The notes under the pieces are model-generated. The model was not told where the DNA came from and ran no database searches. It was given only the letters and a program-made list of their open reading frames with translations. Of a stretch of 64,000 nucleotides of DNA, positions 47,505 through 57,661 are shown in pieces. A program made the position numbers and the translations under genes. The DNA lies in the NCBI GenBank assembly GCA_959019945.1, contig CAUEQD010000006.1, positions 47,611 through 111,610 on the forward strand. The letters are read 5' to 3'. Every line of letters starts with the position of its first letter. The first letter of the stretch is position 1. This DNA comes from an uncultured Collinsella sp. (GTDB lineage Bacteria > Actinomycetota > Coriobacteriia > Coriobacteriales > Coriobacteriaceae).

Positions 47505-47637
47505 TGATACCTGCCTATTTGGCAAATTCGTTCTATCCCTTTGAGGGGGAGCGTGCTATAGTAGACGCTTGCATGACCTCACCGTGTCTCAGAGGTGTCA
47601 TACATTTTTTGCAAGGAACTCGAAAGGAACTCCAGAA

Positions 47638-47904
47638 GTGGCAAACATCAAGTCTCAGAAGAAGCGTATCCGCACCAATGAGGCAGCTCGCATGCGTAAC
47701 AAGGCTGTCAAGTCCGAGCTCAAGACGCTGACCAAGCACGTCCAGTCCGCCGTCGCCGAGGGCGACGCCGAGAAGGCCCAGGCCGCCCTCAAGACCGTCA
47801 CCAAGCGTCTCGACATGGCTGCCGCCAAGCATGTTATCCACAAGAACCAGGCTTCCAACCGCAAGTCCGGTCTTGCCAAGCTCGTGAACAGCATCAACGC
47901 CTAA
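47638..47904 (+). CDS. rpsT: 30S ribosomal protein S20
   Basis: [22 protein letters not shown]. The start is GTG. Confidence 0.93.
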   Translation: MANIKSQKKRIRTNEAARMRNKAVKSELKTLTKHVQSAVAEGDAEKAQAALKTVTKRLDMAAAKHVIHKNQASNRKSGLAKLVNSINA

Positions 47905-47940
47905 GTTGTAAATTTCACACCACACAGATTACGCGCATAA

Positions 47941-47976
47941 ATGGAGCCTGTTTTATGGAACAGGCTCCATTTTTTG
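47941..47976 (+). terminator. Rho-independent terminator after rpsT
   Basis: ATGGAGCCTGTT-TTATGG-AACAGGCTCCAT followed by TTTTTG. Confidence 0.85.
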
Positions 47977-48000
47977 TATCGCTCGGGTAAGATAGTCCGC

Positions 48001-49812
48001 ATGAATACTTCAAATGACATTTCCCACATCCGCAACTTCTCAATCGTTGCGCACATCGACCATGGCAAGTCAACGATCAGTGACCGCATCCTCGAGCTCA
48101 CCCATACCGTCGACGAGCGCGACATGGAGTCGCAGCTGCTCGACACCATGGATATCGAGCGCGAGCGCGGCATTACGATCAAGTCCAATGCCGTTCGCGT
48201 GTCCTATGACGCCGACGATGGCGAGACGTATCAGTTCAATCTGATCGATACGCCGGGCCACGTGGACTTTACCTACGAGGTCTCGCGCTCGCTGGCAGCC
48301 TGTGAGGGCGCGGTGCTCGTTGTCGACGCCACGCAGGGCGTCGAGGCGCAGACCGTCTCCAACGCGACGCTCGCCATGAACGCCAATCTGGACATTGTGC
48401 CGGCCATCAACAAGATTGACCTGCCCTCGGCCCATCCCGATGAGGTTAAGACCGAGATCGAGGATGACCTGGCGATTCCTGCCGATGATGCCGTGTGTGT
48501 CTCGGGCAAGACCGGCGAGGGCATCCACGATCTGCTAGAGTCCATTGTCTTTTTGATCTCTCCGCCCAAGGGCGATGCGAACGCGCCGCTCAAGGCACTC
48601 ATTCTGGATTCGTACTTCGACGAGTATCGTGGCGTCGTCGCCACGGTGCGCGTCTTTGACGGATCCATCAAAAAAGGCGATACCCTGCGCATGATGCAGG
48701 CAAAGGGCGACTTTTTGGTCGATGGCGTGGGCGTCAAGCGTCCCGCCGAGACCCCGGTCGACGCGCTGACGGTCGGCGAGGTCGGATACGTGGTCACGGG
48801 CCTGAAGGACCCCGAGGCCGTTCGCGTGGGCGATACCCTCACGTGGGCGTCGAATCCCTGCCCCGAGCCGCTTCCCGGTTACCGCGAGGCCAAGCCCATG
48901 GTCTATACGGGCCTGTTCCCGATCGATAACAAGGACTACGAGAACCTGCGTGATGCGCTCGATAAGCTGCACGTCAACGACCCGTCGTTGGTGTGGGAGC
49001 CCGAGACCTCGGTGGCGCTCGGCTTTGGCTTCCGCGTGGGCTTCCTGGGCCTGCTGCACATGGAAGTCGTCAAGGAGCGCCTGGAGCGCGAGTTCAACTT
49101 GGACCTCATTGCCACGAGCCCCTCGGTGGACTATCACGTCTACAAGACTGACGGCGAGATGATTGATGTCCGTAGCCCGCAGGATCTGCCCGAGGCTACG
49201 CGCATCGAGCGTATCGAGGAGCCCTACCTCAAGGCAAAGATCATCTGCCCGCCCGAGTATACGGGTGCCGTCATGCAGCTCGCTATCGAGCACCGCGGCA
49301 TTACTACCGACATGATCCATCTCACGAGCAAGTCGGTCGAGATGCGCTTTGATATGCCGCTTGCCGAGCTCATCTTGGACTTCTTCGATCAGCTCAAGAG
49401 CCGTACCAAGGGCTATGCCTCGCTCGACTACGAGTTCAACGAGTACCGTCCATCTGAGCTTGTGAAGCTCGATATCTTGCTTTCGGGCGACGAGGTGGAC
49501 GCGCTGTCGTTTATCGTCCATAAGGACAAGGCCTACGGTCTTGCCCGCGGCCTGTGCGACAAGCTCAAGGAGATTATTCCGCGTCAGCTGTTCGAGGTGC
49601 CCATCCAGGGCGCTATCGGCAACAAGATCATTGCCCGCTCCACCGTCAAAGCGCGTCGCAAGGACGTGCTTGCCAAGTGCTACGGCGGCGATATCTCGCG
49701 TAAGCGCAAGCTGCTCGAGAAGCAGAAAGAGGGCAAGAAGCGCATGAAGGCCATCGGCTCGGTCGAGGTCCCTCAGGAGGCCTTTATGGCGATCCTCAAG
49801 GTGGACGAGTAG
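48001..49812 (+). CDS. lepA: Translation elongation factor 4 (LepA)
   Basis: [16 protein letters not shown] and DTPGHVDF. The LepA C-terminus [14 protein letters not shown] is present. Confidence 0.96.
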   Translation: MNTSNDISHIRNFSIVAHIDHGKSTISDRILELTHTVDERDMESQLLDTMDIERERGITIKSNAVRVSYDADDGETYQFNLIDTPGHVDFTYEVSRSLAACEGAVLVVDATQGVEAQTVSNATLAMNANLDIVPAINKIDLPSAHPDEVKTEIEDDLAIPADDAVCVSGKTGEGIHDLLESIVFLISPPKGDANAPLKALILDSYFDEYRGVVATVRVFDGSIKKGDTLRMMQAKGDFLVDGVGVKRPAETPVDALTVGEVGYVVTGLKDPEAVRVGDTLTWASNPCPEPLPGYREAKPMVYTGLFPIDNKDYENLRDALDKLHVNDPSLVWEPETSVALGFGFRVGFLGLLHMEVVKERLEREFNLDLIATSPSVDYHVYKTDGEMIDVRSPQDLPEATRIERIEEPYLKAKIICPPEYTGAVMQLAIEHRGITTDMIHLTSKSVEMRFDMPLAELILDFFDQLKSRTKGYASLDYEFNEYRPSELVKLDILLSGDEVDALSFIVHKDKAYGLARGLCDKLKEIIPRQLFEVPIQGAIGNKIIARSTVKARRKDVLAKCYGGDISRKRKLLEKQKEGKKRMKAIGSVEVPQEAFMAILKVDE

Positions 49813-49816
49813 GTCC

Positions 49817-50860
49817 ATGGCGCTTTCTGAATACAGCAAGCGGCTGCTGGGTGCCTATGCCGAGCAGCCGTTCCTTATGGCTCCCATGGCGGGCGTGACC
49901 GACCCCGCCTATCGCATCATGTGCCGCCGCCGCGGTGCCAACCTTGCCTACAGCGAGATGGTGAGCGTGGCGGGCCTTGCCTATGCCAGCAATAAGACGT
50001 GGCGCCTGGTGCTGCCGGCCGATGAGGAGCAGCAGATTTGCGTGCAGCTCTTTGGCTCCAAGCCCGATCAGTTTGCGAGCGCCGTCGCCGCCGTCGAGGA
50101 GCGTGTGGGCGATCGCCTGTCGCTCATCGATATCAACATGGCCTGTCCTGCCCGCAAGGTTGTCACCAAGGGCGAGGGCTCTGCCCTTATGCGCACGCCC
50201 GATTTGGCCGAGAAGATCGTCGAGGCCACGGTGGGCGCGGCGCACGTGCCCGTGACCGTAAAGATCCGCAAGGGCTTTTACGCCGAGGACCGTAATGCCG
50301 CGACGTTTGCCCAGATGCTCGAAGGCGCCGGCGCCACCGCGGTGGCGGTGCATGGTCGTTGCGCCACGCAGCTCTACACAGGGCAGGCCGATTGGTCGGT
50401 CGTCGATGAGGTGGCCGACGCCGTCGAGATTCCCGTGATCGGTTCGGGCGATGTGTTCTGCGCCGAGGATGCCGCGGAGCATCTGCGCAGCTCGGGTGCC
50501 AGCGCGGTGTTTATCGCGCGCGGTATCTATGGCAACCCGTGGGTGTTCGGTGATGCTCGCGCCCTTGCGCTCGATGGCACGCCGGTGCCGGCGCGCAGCT
50601 CCGTTGAGCGCCTAGACGCTCTGCGTGAGCACCTAACGCTGACGCATGAGCTCCTGCCGCTCATGTCGCGTGCCCGTACGTACGCAAGCTGGTACTTAAA
50701 AGGCATGCCCCATGCCGCCGCTTGGCGTGCTCATGTGGTTCGCTGCTCCACGTACGAGGAGTTCATGGCACTGGTCGATGAGATCGAGCGCGATGTGGTG
50801 GCCTGCGAGGCCGCCCTTGCCGCCGGCGAATCGGTGCCCCCTCATCCTCTGGAGGCTTAA
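49817..50860 (+). CDS. dus: tRNA-dihydrouridine synthase
   Basis: APMAGVTD, DINMACP and the VHGR pattern. Confidence 0.88.
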   Translation: MALSEYSKRLLGAYAEQPFLMAPMAGVTDPAYRIMCRRRGANLAYSEMVSVAGLAYASNKTWRLVLPADEEQQICVQLFGSKPDQFASAVAAVEERVGDRLSLIDINMACPARKVVTKGEGSALMRTPDLAEKIVEATVGAAHVPVTVKIRKGFYAEDRNAATFAQMLEGAGATAVAVHGRCATQLYTGQADWSVVDEVADAVEIPVIGSGDVFCAEDAAEHLRSSGASAVFIARGIYGNPWVFGDARALALDGTPVPARSSVERLDALREHLTLTHELLPLMSRARTYASWYLKGMPHAAAWRAHVVRCSTYEEFMALVDEIERDVVACEAALAAGESVPPHPLEA

Positions 50861-50862
50861 GG

Positions 50863-52095
50863 GTGGCCGTTACCGCACTGTACGTGCACGTGCCGTTTTG
50901 CGCCCAAAAGTGCCGGTACTGCGACTTTGACTCGCGCAGTTTTGCTCCGTGCGACCTGAGCGCTGCGCTCGATGCCTATTTTGAGCAGTTGTTCGCGCGT
51001 CTCGATGCTTTTGGCAAGGCTGATGCCCTTGACCAGATCCGCACCGTCTATGTTGGCGGCGGTACGCCGTCGCTGGCGGGGGAGCGCCTGGTGGAGCTGG
51101 CGCGGCGTATTCGTGCGTGGTGTGCCCCCGTTGAGTTTACCTGCGAGGCCAATCCCGAGTCGCTGACCGCCGAGCTTGCTACTGCACTTGTCAAGGTTGG
51201 TGTCACACGCGTCTCTCTGGGCGTGCAAACGCTCGATAACGCCGAACTTACTGCCATCGGCCGTATTCACGATGCCGATCGGGCGCTCGCCGCCATCGCG
51301 ACGGTCAAGAACGCTGGGCTTGATGTGTCGTGCGACCTTATGTGCGGACTTCCCGGGCAGACCGCAGCGAGTTGGAAGCGCACGCTCGATGGCGTGCTGG
51401 TGGCGGCCCCGCATCATGTGTCGGTCTACCCGCTCACGCTTGAGGAGGGGACGCCCCTTTATCGCATGGCGCGCCGCGACGAGTCGCTCGAGCCCGACGA
51501 GGATTTTCAGGCTTCGTGCATGGACTTGGCACGCGAGCTCCTGGGTGCCGCCGGCTATCACCCGTATGAGGTGGCGAGCTACGCGCTCGACGGCCATGAG
51601 TGCGCCCATAACATTGCCTACTGGACCGGACGGGGCTATCTGGGCCTGGGTCGTTCTGCCGCGGGCATGCTCGACGCCGAGGATTTCGACCGTCTCGCAG
51701 GTTTGTTCCCCGGCGTGTCTTCTCGAGGCGATGCGTACCGCGTGCGTCTGGTGCAACGTGACGATGACGCGATGGCGTTCGAGACCGAATATCTGTCGCA
51801 GCGCGAGGCTGCGGCTGAAGACCTGATGCTCGCTTGTCGCATGACGCGCGGTGTCGCGTCCGACCTGTTGGTTCGTGCAGCTTTCGTCATCCCAACGGGC
51901 GAGTTGGCAGCTGCCTGCGATCACGCGCTCGAATTGGGACTTGCCACGTGGGTGCCCGAGGCGCTCGGGGCCCATGAGGGATCCTTCACTTCGGCAGATG
52001 TCGTCGCAGGCCGCGCCCGCGCCCGTTTAGCGCCGACACACCTAGGTTGGCTCGATGGAAATGTTCTGTTCGAGCTGTTTTGGGGTCTAGCATAG
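50863..52095 (+). CDS. hemW: Radical SAM heme chaperone HemW / oxygen-independent coproporphyrinogen oxidase-like
   Basis: LYVHVPFCAQKCRYCDF and VYVGGGTPS. It follows lepA, as in many Gram-positives. Confidence 0.88.
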   Translation: MAVTALYVHVPFCAQKCRYCDFDSRSFAPCDLSAALDAYFEQLFARLDAFGKADALDQIRTVYVGGGTPSLAGERLVELARRIRAWCAPVEFTCEANPESLTAELATALVKVGVTRVSLGVQTLDNAELTAIGRIHDADRALAAIATVKNAGLDVSCDLMCGLPGQTAASWKRTLDGVLVAAPHHVSVYPLTLEEGTPLYRMARRDESLEPDEDFQASCMDLARELLGAAGYHPYEVASYALDGHECAHNIAYWTGRGYLGLGRSAAGMLDAEDFDRLAGLFPGVSSRGDAYRVRLVQRDDDAMAFETEYLSQREAAAEDLMLACRMTRGVASDLLVRAAFVIPTGELAAACDHALELGLATWVPEALGAHEGSFTSADVVAGRARARLAPTHLGWLDGNVLFELFWGLA

Positions 52096-52153
52096 ACCGC
52101 TCGGGTAGAATTACCGCAATATATACGCTGCTTTGAGCAGGAGGTTGCCGCGC

Positions 52154-53257
52154 ATGGCGACGATGAACGAAAAAGATTACTACGAGATTCTGGGTGTCTC
52201 CAAGGACGCCACCTCGCGTGATATTCAAAAGGCCTTCCAGCAAAAGGCCCGCAAGCTCCATCCGGACGTCAACAAAGAGCCGGATGCCGAGGAAAAGTTT
52301 AAAGAGGTTTCCGAGGCCTACGCCGTGCTTTCGGACGAGCAGAAGCGTTCGCGCTACGACGCCATGCGTTCGGGCAACCCCTTTTCCGGTGCTCCTACGG
52401 CTTCGCCCTATGGCGGCGGCTACGCCGGCAGCGCGGGCTATGGCAATCCCTTTGAGGGCGGTTTTCCCTTTGGTGGCGCCTGGGGCCAGCCGCGTCGCGG
52501 GCAGGCTGCCTACAATCCCGAGAACGGCGCCAACGTGGTCGTCGATATCAAACTCGACGCCAAGGAGGCAAAGGGCGGTGCCCGCAAGACCGTCCGCTAC
52601 ACGCGCTTCGATACCTGTAACAACTGCGGCGGTTCGGGCTCTGTCTCCTCCGAGCATGCCCATACCTGCCCAAGCTGTGGCGGCCGCGGCCATATCGACG
52701 TCGACCTGTCCTTCCTGTTTGGTGCGGGCACGTTCCAGTCGGTCTGCCCCGAGTGCGGCGGTTCCGGTAAGGTCGTGGCCGACCCCTGCCCTGATTGCGG
52801 CGGCAGCGGTCGTACTCGCGTAACCTCCGAGCAGACGATTGAGTTTCCTGCCGGCACGCACGATGGCGACGAGGTCCGCATTGGCGGCATGGGTCATGCT
52901 GGCACCAACGGTGCCGCGGGCGGCGATCTGGTCGGCCGCGCCCATGTTGAGGCCGAGCGCTTGGAAGGCAAAGCTCGTACCGGTTTTTACCTGATGGGCA
53001 TCGTGGCGCCGTTTTTGGTACTCTCGGCCATCTCGGGCGTGTTCTCGGCCTTTGCCGTGATGTGCTTTATTCCGTTTGCCATGGGCCTGTTCATGGTGCT
53101 TTCGGACGGCGTGCTTCATCGCAGCCTGCTGTGGTGGAAGCGCGGCGCGATGCAGTTTGCCAACGGTTTTGCCAACGGCTTCATGTTCGCGCTCGTGTCG
53201 GTTTGGTTCGCGAGCTGCTCGCAACGGGCCATGCTTTCGCCGTACCAAATGCAATAA
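52154..53257 (+). CDS. DnaJ-like protein: J domain, Gly-rich linker, four CxxCxGxG repeats, C-terminal transmembrane segments
   Basis: [13 protein letters not shown]...HPD. Zinc-finger repeats: [32 protein letters not shown]. The tail [39 protein letters not shown] is hydrophobic. Confidence 0.85.
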   Translation: MATMNEKDYYEILGVSKDATSRDIQKAFQQKARKLHPDVNKEPDAEEKFKEVSEAYAVLSDEQKRSRYDAMRSGNPFSGAPTASPYGGGYAGSAGYGNPFEGGFPFGGAWGQPRRGQAAYNPENGANVVVDIKLDAKEAKGGARKTVRYTRFDTCNNCGGSGSVSSEHAHTCPSCGGRGHIDVDLSFLFGAGTFQSVCPECGGSGKVVADPCPDCGGSGRTRVTSEQTIEFPAGTHDGDEVRIGGMGHAGTNGAAGGDLVGRAHVEAERLEGKARTGFYLMGIVAPFLVLSAISGVFSAFAVMCFIPFAMGLFMVLSDGVLHRSLLWWKRGAMQFANGFANGFMFALVSVWFASCSQRAMLSPYQMQ

Positions 53258-53338
53258 CATCAAACCCTCTGTTTGCGGTCGGCCCTGCTTGGGTATAGGA
53301 CGCACTGTGACAATAATGAAAGTCGGAAGGATTCGGTC

Positions 53339-54487
53339 GTGTCGGAAAATAGGGATTACTACGAGGTGCTTGGCGTCGACAGGGATGCCGACGCGCGGAC
53401 GATTAAGCGTGCGTTTCTAAAGAAGGCCCGTACCGTACATCCGGATGTTTCGGACGACCCCGAGGCCGAGGCCAAGTTCAAGGAGCTCAACGAGGCCTAT
53501 TCCGTTCTTTCCGATGAGCAGAAGCGTGCTAACTACGACCGTTACGGCACTGCCGACGGCCCTGGTGGTTCGGGCTACGTCGATATCAACGATATCTTTG
53601 GTGGCATGGGCATGGACGACTTGTTCTCGTCGTTCTTTGGCGGCGGTGCCGGCGGTGGCGCCCGCAGCCGTCGTGAGCGTCGTCGCGGACGAGACATGGC
53701 CATCTCGCTTTCGGTGACGCTCGAGGAGGCGGCGCTCGGCTGCAAAAAGACAATCAGCTATGACCGCCTTGCTCCTTGCGAGGACTGCAATGGCACCGGT
53801 AGGGCAGAGGGCGCACAGGAAAAGCAGTGCGGCCGCTGCCACGGTACGGGCTACGTCACGACGGTTCAGCGTTCGTTCCTGGGCCAGGTTCAGTCTTCCT
53901 CGCCTTGCCCCGACTGCCATGGCGAGGGCACGGTTATCGATCATCCCTGCGAGACCTGCGACGGTCAAGGCCGCACGCCTTCGCACGAAAAGATCGACAT
54001 CGATATTCCCGCCGGCGTTTCGACCGGTCGCCAGCTGCGCGTGAGCGGCTTTGGCGAGGCCGGCCTTCGCGGCGAGCCTTCGGGCGACCTGATTGTCAAC
54101 GTGCGCGTTGCCGACCATGAGCGCTTTAAGCGCAACGGGGACGACCTGTACCTGGTGAGCGATATCTCGATTGCGCAGGCTGCGCTCGGCTGCGAGATCG
54201 AGGTCGAGGGCATTATGCCCGACGAGGTCGTTAAGGTGACGGTTCCCGCCGGCGCCCAGTACGGCGACACCGTGAGCGTCAATAATTACGGCATGCCGCG
54301 CATTGGCGGTGGCGGTTCGCGTGGCCGCCTGATCGTGCAACTGCGCGTGGTCGTTCCCACCAATCTTTCCAATAAGCAGCGCGAGCTGCTCCGTGCTTTT
54401 GCCGATGAGATGGGCGATGACGTCGCTTCCGGTAAGAAGTCGGTGACCGACCGTATCAAGAGTGCCCTCGACGATATCCTCGATTAA
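53339..54487 (+). CDS. dnaJ: Molecular chaperone DnaJ (canonical type I)
   Basis: The J domain has HPD. Four CxxCxGxG repeats and full C-terminal substrate-binding domains are present. GTG 53339 follows GGAAGGA. Confidence 0.93.
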   Translation: MSENRDYYEVLGVDRDADARTIKRAFLKKARTVHPDVSDDPEAEAKFKELNEAYSVLSDEQKRANYDRYGTADGPGGSGYVDINDIFGGMGMDDLFSSFFGGGAGGGARSRRERRRGRDMAISLSVTLEEAALGCKKTISYDRLAPCEDCNGTGRAEGAQEKQCGRCHGTGYVTTVQRSFLGQVQSSSPCPDCHGEGTVIDHPCETCDGQGRTPSHEKIDIDIPAGVSTGRQLRVSGFGEAGLRGEPSGDLIVNVRVADHERFKRNGDDLYLVSDISIAQAALGCEIEVEGIMPDEVVKVTVPAGAQYGDTVSVNNYGMPRIGGGGSRGRLIVQLRVVVPTNLSNKQRELLRAFADEMGDDVASGKKSVTDRIKSALDDILD

Positions 54488-54496
54488 GGAGCCCGC

Positions 54497-55789
54497 GTGC
54501 TCGCACCCCATATTTCCGTCGTCAACCTCGGTTGCCGTGTCAACCGGGTTGAGTCTGACCGTATCACTGCCGATCTTATGCGCCTGGGCTTTGCTATTGT
54601 GGAGCCCCAGGATGCCGATCTGATCGTCATTAACACTTGTGCCGTTACGGGCGAGGCCGAGGCCAAGACCCGTAAGGCCGTCCGTCATGCGCTGGCCCAT
54701 CCAAACGAGCCCTATGTGCTCGTGACCGGATGCGTGGTCAATTTGCATCCCGAGGAGCTGTCGGAGCTTTCGGATCGCGTGATTGCCGAGCCGTCCAAGA
54801 TAGATGTCGCCGATCGTGTCTGCGAGGTGCTGGGCGTTGAGTCCGATAGTGTTCCCGCCTGCAGCGATGGTGAGGTGGTCGATGCGCTCGGTCGCTCTCG
54901 CCTGGGCGTGAAGATTCAGGACGGCTGCAACCATCGCTGCACCTATTGCATTGTGTGGAAGGGGCGCGGCCCCGAGCGCTCCGTGCCCGTCGAGTCCGTG
55001 CTCGAGCAAGTTCGCGAGGCCCAGGAGGCCGGCGTGCCCGAGGTGGTGCTGACCGGTGTGAACCTGGGTGCCTACGATGGCAAGAGCGCGACCGACGAGC
55101 ACGTCGAAATCGATGAGCTGCTCGAGGCCATCATGGAGCGCACGTCTATTCCGCATGTGCGCATTTCCTCGGTCGAGCCCATGGATATCTCCGAGCGCCT
55201 GCTTAAGGTTATGGCGCGCTACCCGCAGCGTATCGCCCCGTTTTTGCACCTGCCCGTGCAGTCCGGCTGCACGGCGACCCTGCATCGCATGGGCCGTCCC
55301 TATAGCGCCGAGGCCTTTGAGGACACGGTGCGTATGATTCGCGCCAACTTGCCCCAGGCGTCCCTTTCGTGCGATGTCATCGTCGGTTTTCCTGGTGAGA
55401 CGGACGTGGAGTTCGAGGAGTCGCTGGCGCTGTGCCGCCGTGTGGGTTTCTCGCGTATGCACGTGTTCCGCTACAGCAAGCGTCCCGGTACCCTTGCTGC
55501 CGACATGCCCGACCAGGTGCCACCCGAGGTTATGGCCGAGCGCAGCCGCCGTATGCGGGCCGCCGCACAGGAGCTCGCTATTGCCGACGCTCGTCGTCGC
55601 GTGGGCACGGTCGAGCGTGCCGTGCTCGAGTATGGTGACAACCTGACGCTCGGCTCGTTCCATCATGCCCGTCTTGACGATACCTGTGGACTTACAGCCC
55701 CGTGCCTGCTCGATGTTGCTATCATCGGAGTCGATGATTCCGGCTTGGTCCATGCACGCAGGGAGGTTCATGGAAGCCTCGAAGATTAG
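54497..55789 (+). CDS. mtaB: tRNA methylthiotransferase, MtaB-like (radical SAM, UPF0004 N-terminal domain)
   Basis: NLGCRVNRVESD, INTCAVT and GCNHRCTYCIV. AAGGAG lies upstream. Confidence 0.88.
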   Translation: MLAPHISVVNLGCRVNRVESDRITADLMRLGFAIVEPQDADLIVINTCAVTGEAEAKTRKAVRHALAHPNEPYVLVTGCVVNLHPEELSELSDRVIAEPSKIDVADRVCEVLGVESDSVPACSDGEVVDALGRSRLGVKIQDGCNHRCTYCIVWKGRGPERSVPVESVLEQVREAQEAGVPEVVLTGVNLGAYDGKSATDEHVEIDELLEAIMERTSIPHVRISSVEPMDISERLLKVMARYPQRIAPFLHLPVQSGCTATLHRMGRPYSAEAFEDTVRMIRANLPQASLSCDVIVGFPGETDVEFEESLALCRRVGFSRMHVFRYSKRPGTLAADMPDQVPPEVMAERSRRMRAAAQELAIADARRRVGTVERAVLEYGDNLTLGSFHHARLDDTCGLTAPCLLDVAIIGVDDSGLVHARREVHGSLED

Positions 55790-56756
55790 ACTTACCGTTC
55801 CCGAGGGAATTGATCCCTCGTGCGTTTTGGGCGCCGGCGACGGCGTCCTTCGCGCGCTCGAGAGCTTGGTTCGCGCTCACGTGGTCGCCCGTGGCGATAG
55901 CATCGCCGTGAGCGGCGACCCGGACGAGGTCGAACTCGTGGCGCGCTTTTTCGAGCACGCTTTTCGCGAGGCGGCCGCCGGACGCACGCTGTCTGCCGAC
56001 TATGTCTCTCGCTGCCTGGCCTTCTTGCGCGACGGTGAGCACGAGGCTACGTCGCTTCGCGATGATGTGCTGCTTTCGCATCGCGGTCGCGTCATTCGCC
56101 CCAAGACGCTCGGTCAAAAGCGTTACGTGGATGCCATCCGCTCGCATACCATCACGTTTGGACTAGGTCCTGCCGGTACTGGTAAGACCTATCTGGCCAT
56201 GGCGCTCGCCGTTGCCGCGCTCAAGCGTCACGAGGTGGGCCGTCTGATCTTGACGCGTCCGGTTGTCGAGGCGGGGGAGAACCTGGGTTTTTTGCCCGGT
56301 ACCCTTGAGGAAAAGATCGACCCCTACATGCGTCCGCTCTACGACGCCCTTTTTGACATGATGGACCGAGAGCGCACCGATGAGCTTATGGAGCGCGGCG
56401 TGATCGAGATCGCCCCGCTTGCCTACATGCGCGGCCGTACACTGAGCGATGCCTTCGTGGTTCTCGACGAGGCCCAAAATACCACGCCCGAGCAGATGAA
56501 GATGTTCCTGACGCGCCTGGGCTTTAACTCCAAGTTTGTGATTACCGGCGACCTGAGCCAGCGCGACCTGGTGGGTCGTCGCGGCGGTCTTGCCGACGTT
56601 GAGTGGATTTTGGGCCGTGTTGACGATGTCGCATTTTCGCACCTCGAGCGTGCCGACGTGGTGCGCCATGCCTTGGTGGGGCGTATCGTCGAGGCATACG
56701 ATGCTTATGATGATGTGCGCGAGCAGCGCCCGCGCGACCGAAAGGAGTCCCGTTGA
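55770..56756 (+). CDS. phoH: PhoH family ATPase
   Basis: GPAGTGKTYLAMA and VVLDEAQNTT. GGGAGG precedes ATG 55770. Confidence 0.92.
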   Translation: MEASKIRLTVPEGIDPSCVLGAGDGVLRALESLVRAHVVARGDSIAVSGDPDEVELVARFFEHAFREAAAGRTLSADYVSRCLAFLRDGEHEATSLRDDVLLSHRGRVIRPKTLGQKRYVDAIRSHTITFGLGPAGTGKTYLAMALAVAALKRHEVGRLILTRPVVEAGENLGFLPGTLEEKIDPYMRPLYDALFDMMDRERTDELMERGVIEIAPLAYMRGRTLSDAFVVLDEAQNTTPEQMKMFLTRLGFNSKFVITGDLSQRDLVGRRGGLADVEWILGRVDDVAFSHLERADVVRHALVGRIVEAYDAYDDVREQRPRDRKESR

Positions 56757-57262
56757 GTGTATTGATCAGCAATGATGCCGAGCTCGATACGCTGCTTGAC
56801 GCGCTGGAGGTGGAGCACATCTGCGAGGTCGTGCTTGCCGCCGAGGGCGTTGAGCGTGAAGTCGAGATTTCCCTTTCGTATGTCGATGAGGACGAGATGC
56901 ACGAGCTCAACCACGAGTGGCGCGGTATCGACCGTACCACCGATGTTCTCTCTTTTGAATGCGACTCGGCCTTTGACGAGGATATTCCCGCCGACGAGAC
57001 GCTCGAGCTCGGCGATATCATCTTGGCCCCGGAGGTCATTGCCCGTCAGGCCCCCGGCTTTGGCAATAGCCCTGCCGACGAGTGCCGCCTGATGCTCGTG
57101 CATGGCATGCTGCACCTGCTGGGGTATGACCATATCGAGGACGACGAGGCCGAGGTCATGGAGGCCCGCGAGGACGCCATCTTGCGCGATCTGGCGCTCG
57201 AGCGCGGCGAGGACCCCAAGCTGGTCCACGTCGGCCCCATCACCAACCACGCCCACGACTAG
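56753..57262 (+). CDS. ybeY: rRNA maturation RNase YbeY
   Basis: HGMLHLLGYDH is the zinc motif. Confidence 0.93.
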   Translation: MSVLISNDAELDTLLDALEVEHICEVVLAAEGVEREVEISLSYVDEDEMHELNHEWRGIDRTTDVLSFECDSAFDEDIPADETLELGDIILAPEVIARQAPGFGNSPADECRLMLVHGMLHLLGYDHIEDDEAEVMEAREDAILRDLALERGEDPKLVHVGPITNHAHD

Positions 57263-57271
57263 GAGCCGTCT

Positions 57272-57649
57272 ATGATTCCCGGATCGAACAAGGACCATCC
57301 GTCCTTCTTAAAGTCGTTCTCCTACGCCATGGAGGGCTTCGTCACCGCCGTCAAGACCGAGCGCAACATTAAGGTCATGCTCGTGGCGGGCGTGTGCACC
57401 GTCATTGCCGGCTGCATCGTGGGGCTCGACATTGCCGAGTGGGCCACGGTTATCATCTGCTGTGGCTTGGTGATTCACGGCGAGCTGTGCAACACAGCCA
57501 TGGAGGCGATCGTCGACCTGGCGACCCAGGAGCTCCATCCGCTGGCAAAGCGTGCGAAGGATATCGCCGCCGCCTCCGTATACGTACTTTCCATCACCGC
57601 CGCGATTGTGGGATTGCTGGTATTTGCCCACGCGCTCGACTTTATTTAG
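57272..57649 (+). CDS. dgkA: Diacylglycerol/undecaprenol kinase family protein
   Basis: A small 3-TM protein. SFSYAMEGF...ERN and NTAMEAIVD motifs. Confidence 0.88.
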   Translation: MIPGSNKDHPSFLKSFSYAMEGFVTAVKTERNIKVMLVAGVCTVIAGCIVGLDIAEWATVIICCGLVIHGELCNTAMEAIVDLATQELHPLAKRAKDIAAASVYVLSITAAIVGLLVFAHALDFI

Positions 57650-57661
57650 AAAGGGATTTTC

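Noticed and set aside
52096-52153. A heat-shock operator (CIRCE TTAGCACTC-N9-GAGTGCTAA or an HspR HAIR element) upstream of the dnaJ pair.
   Set aside because: No such inverted repeat is visible in the short spacer.
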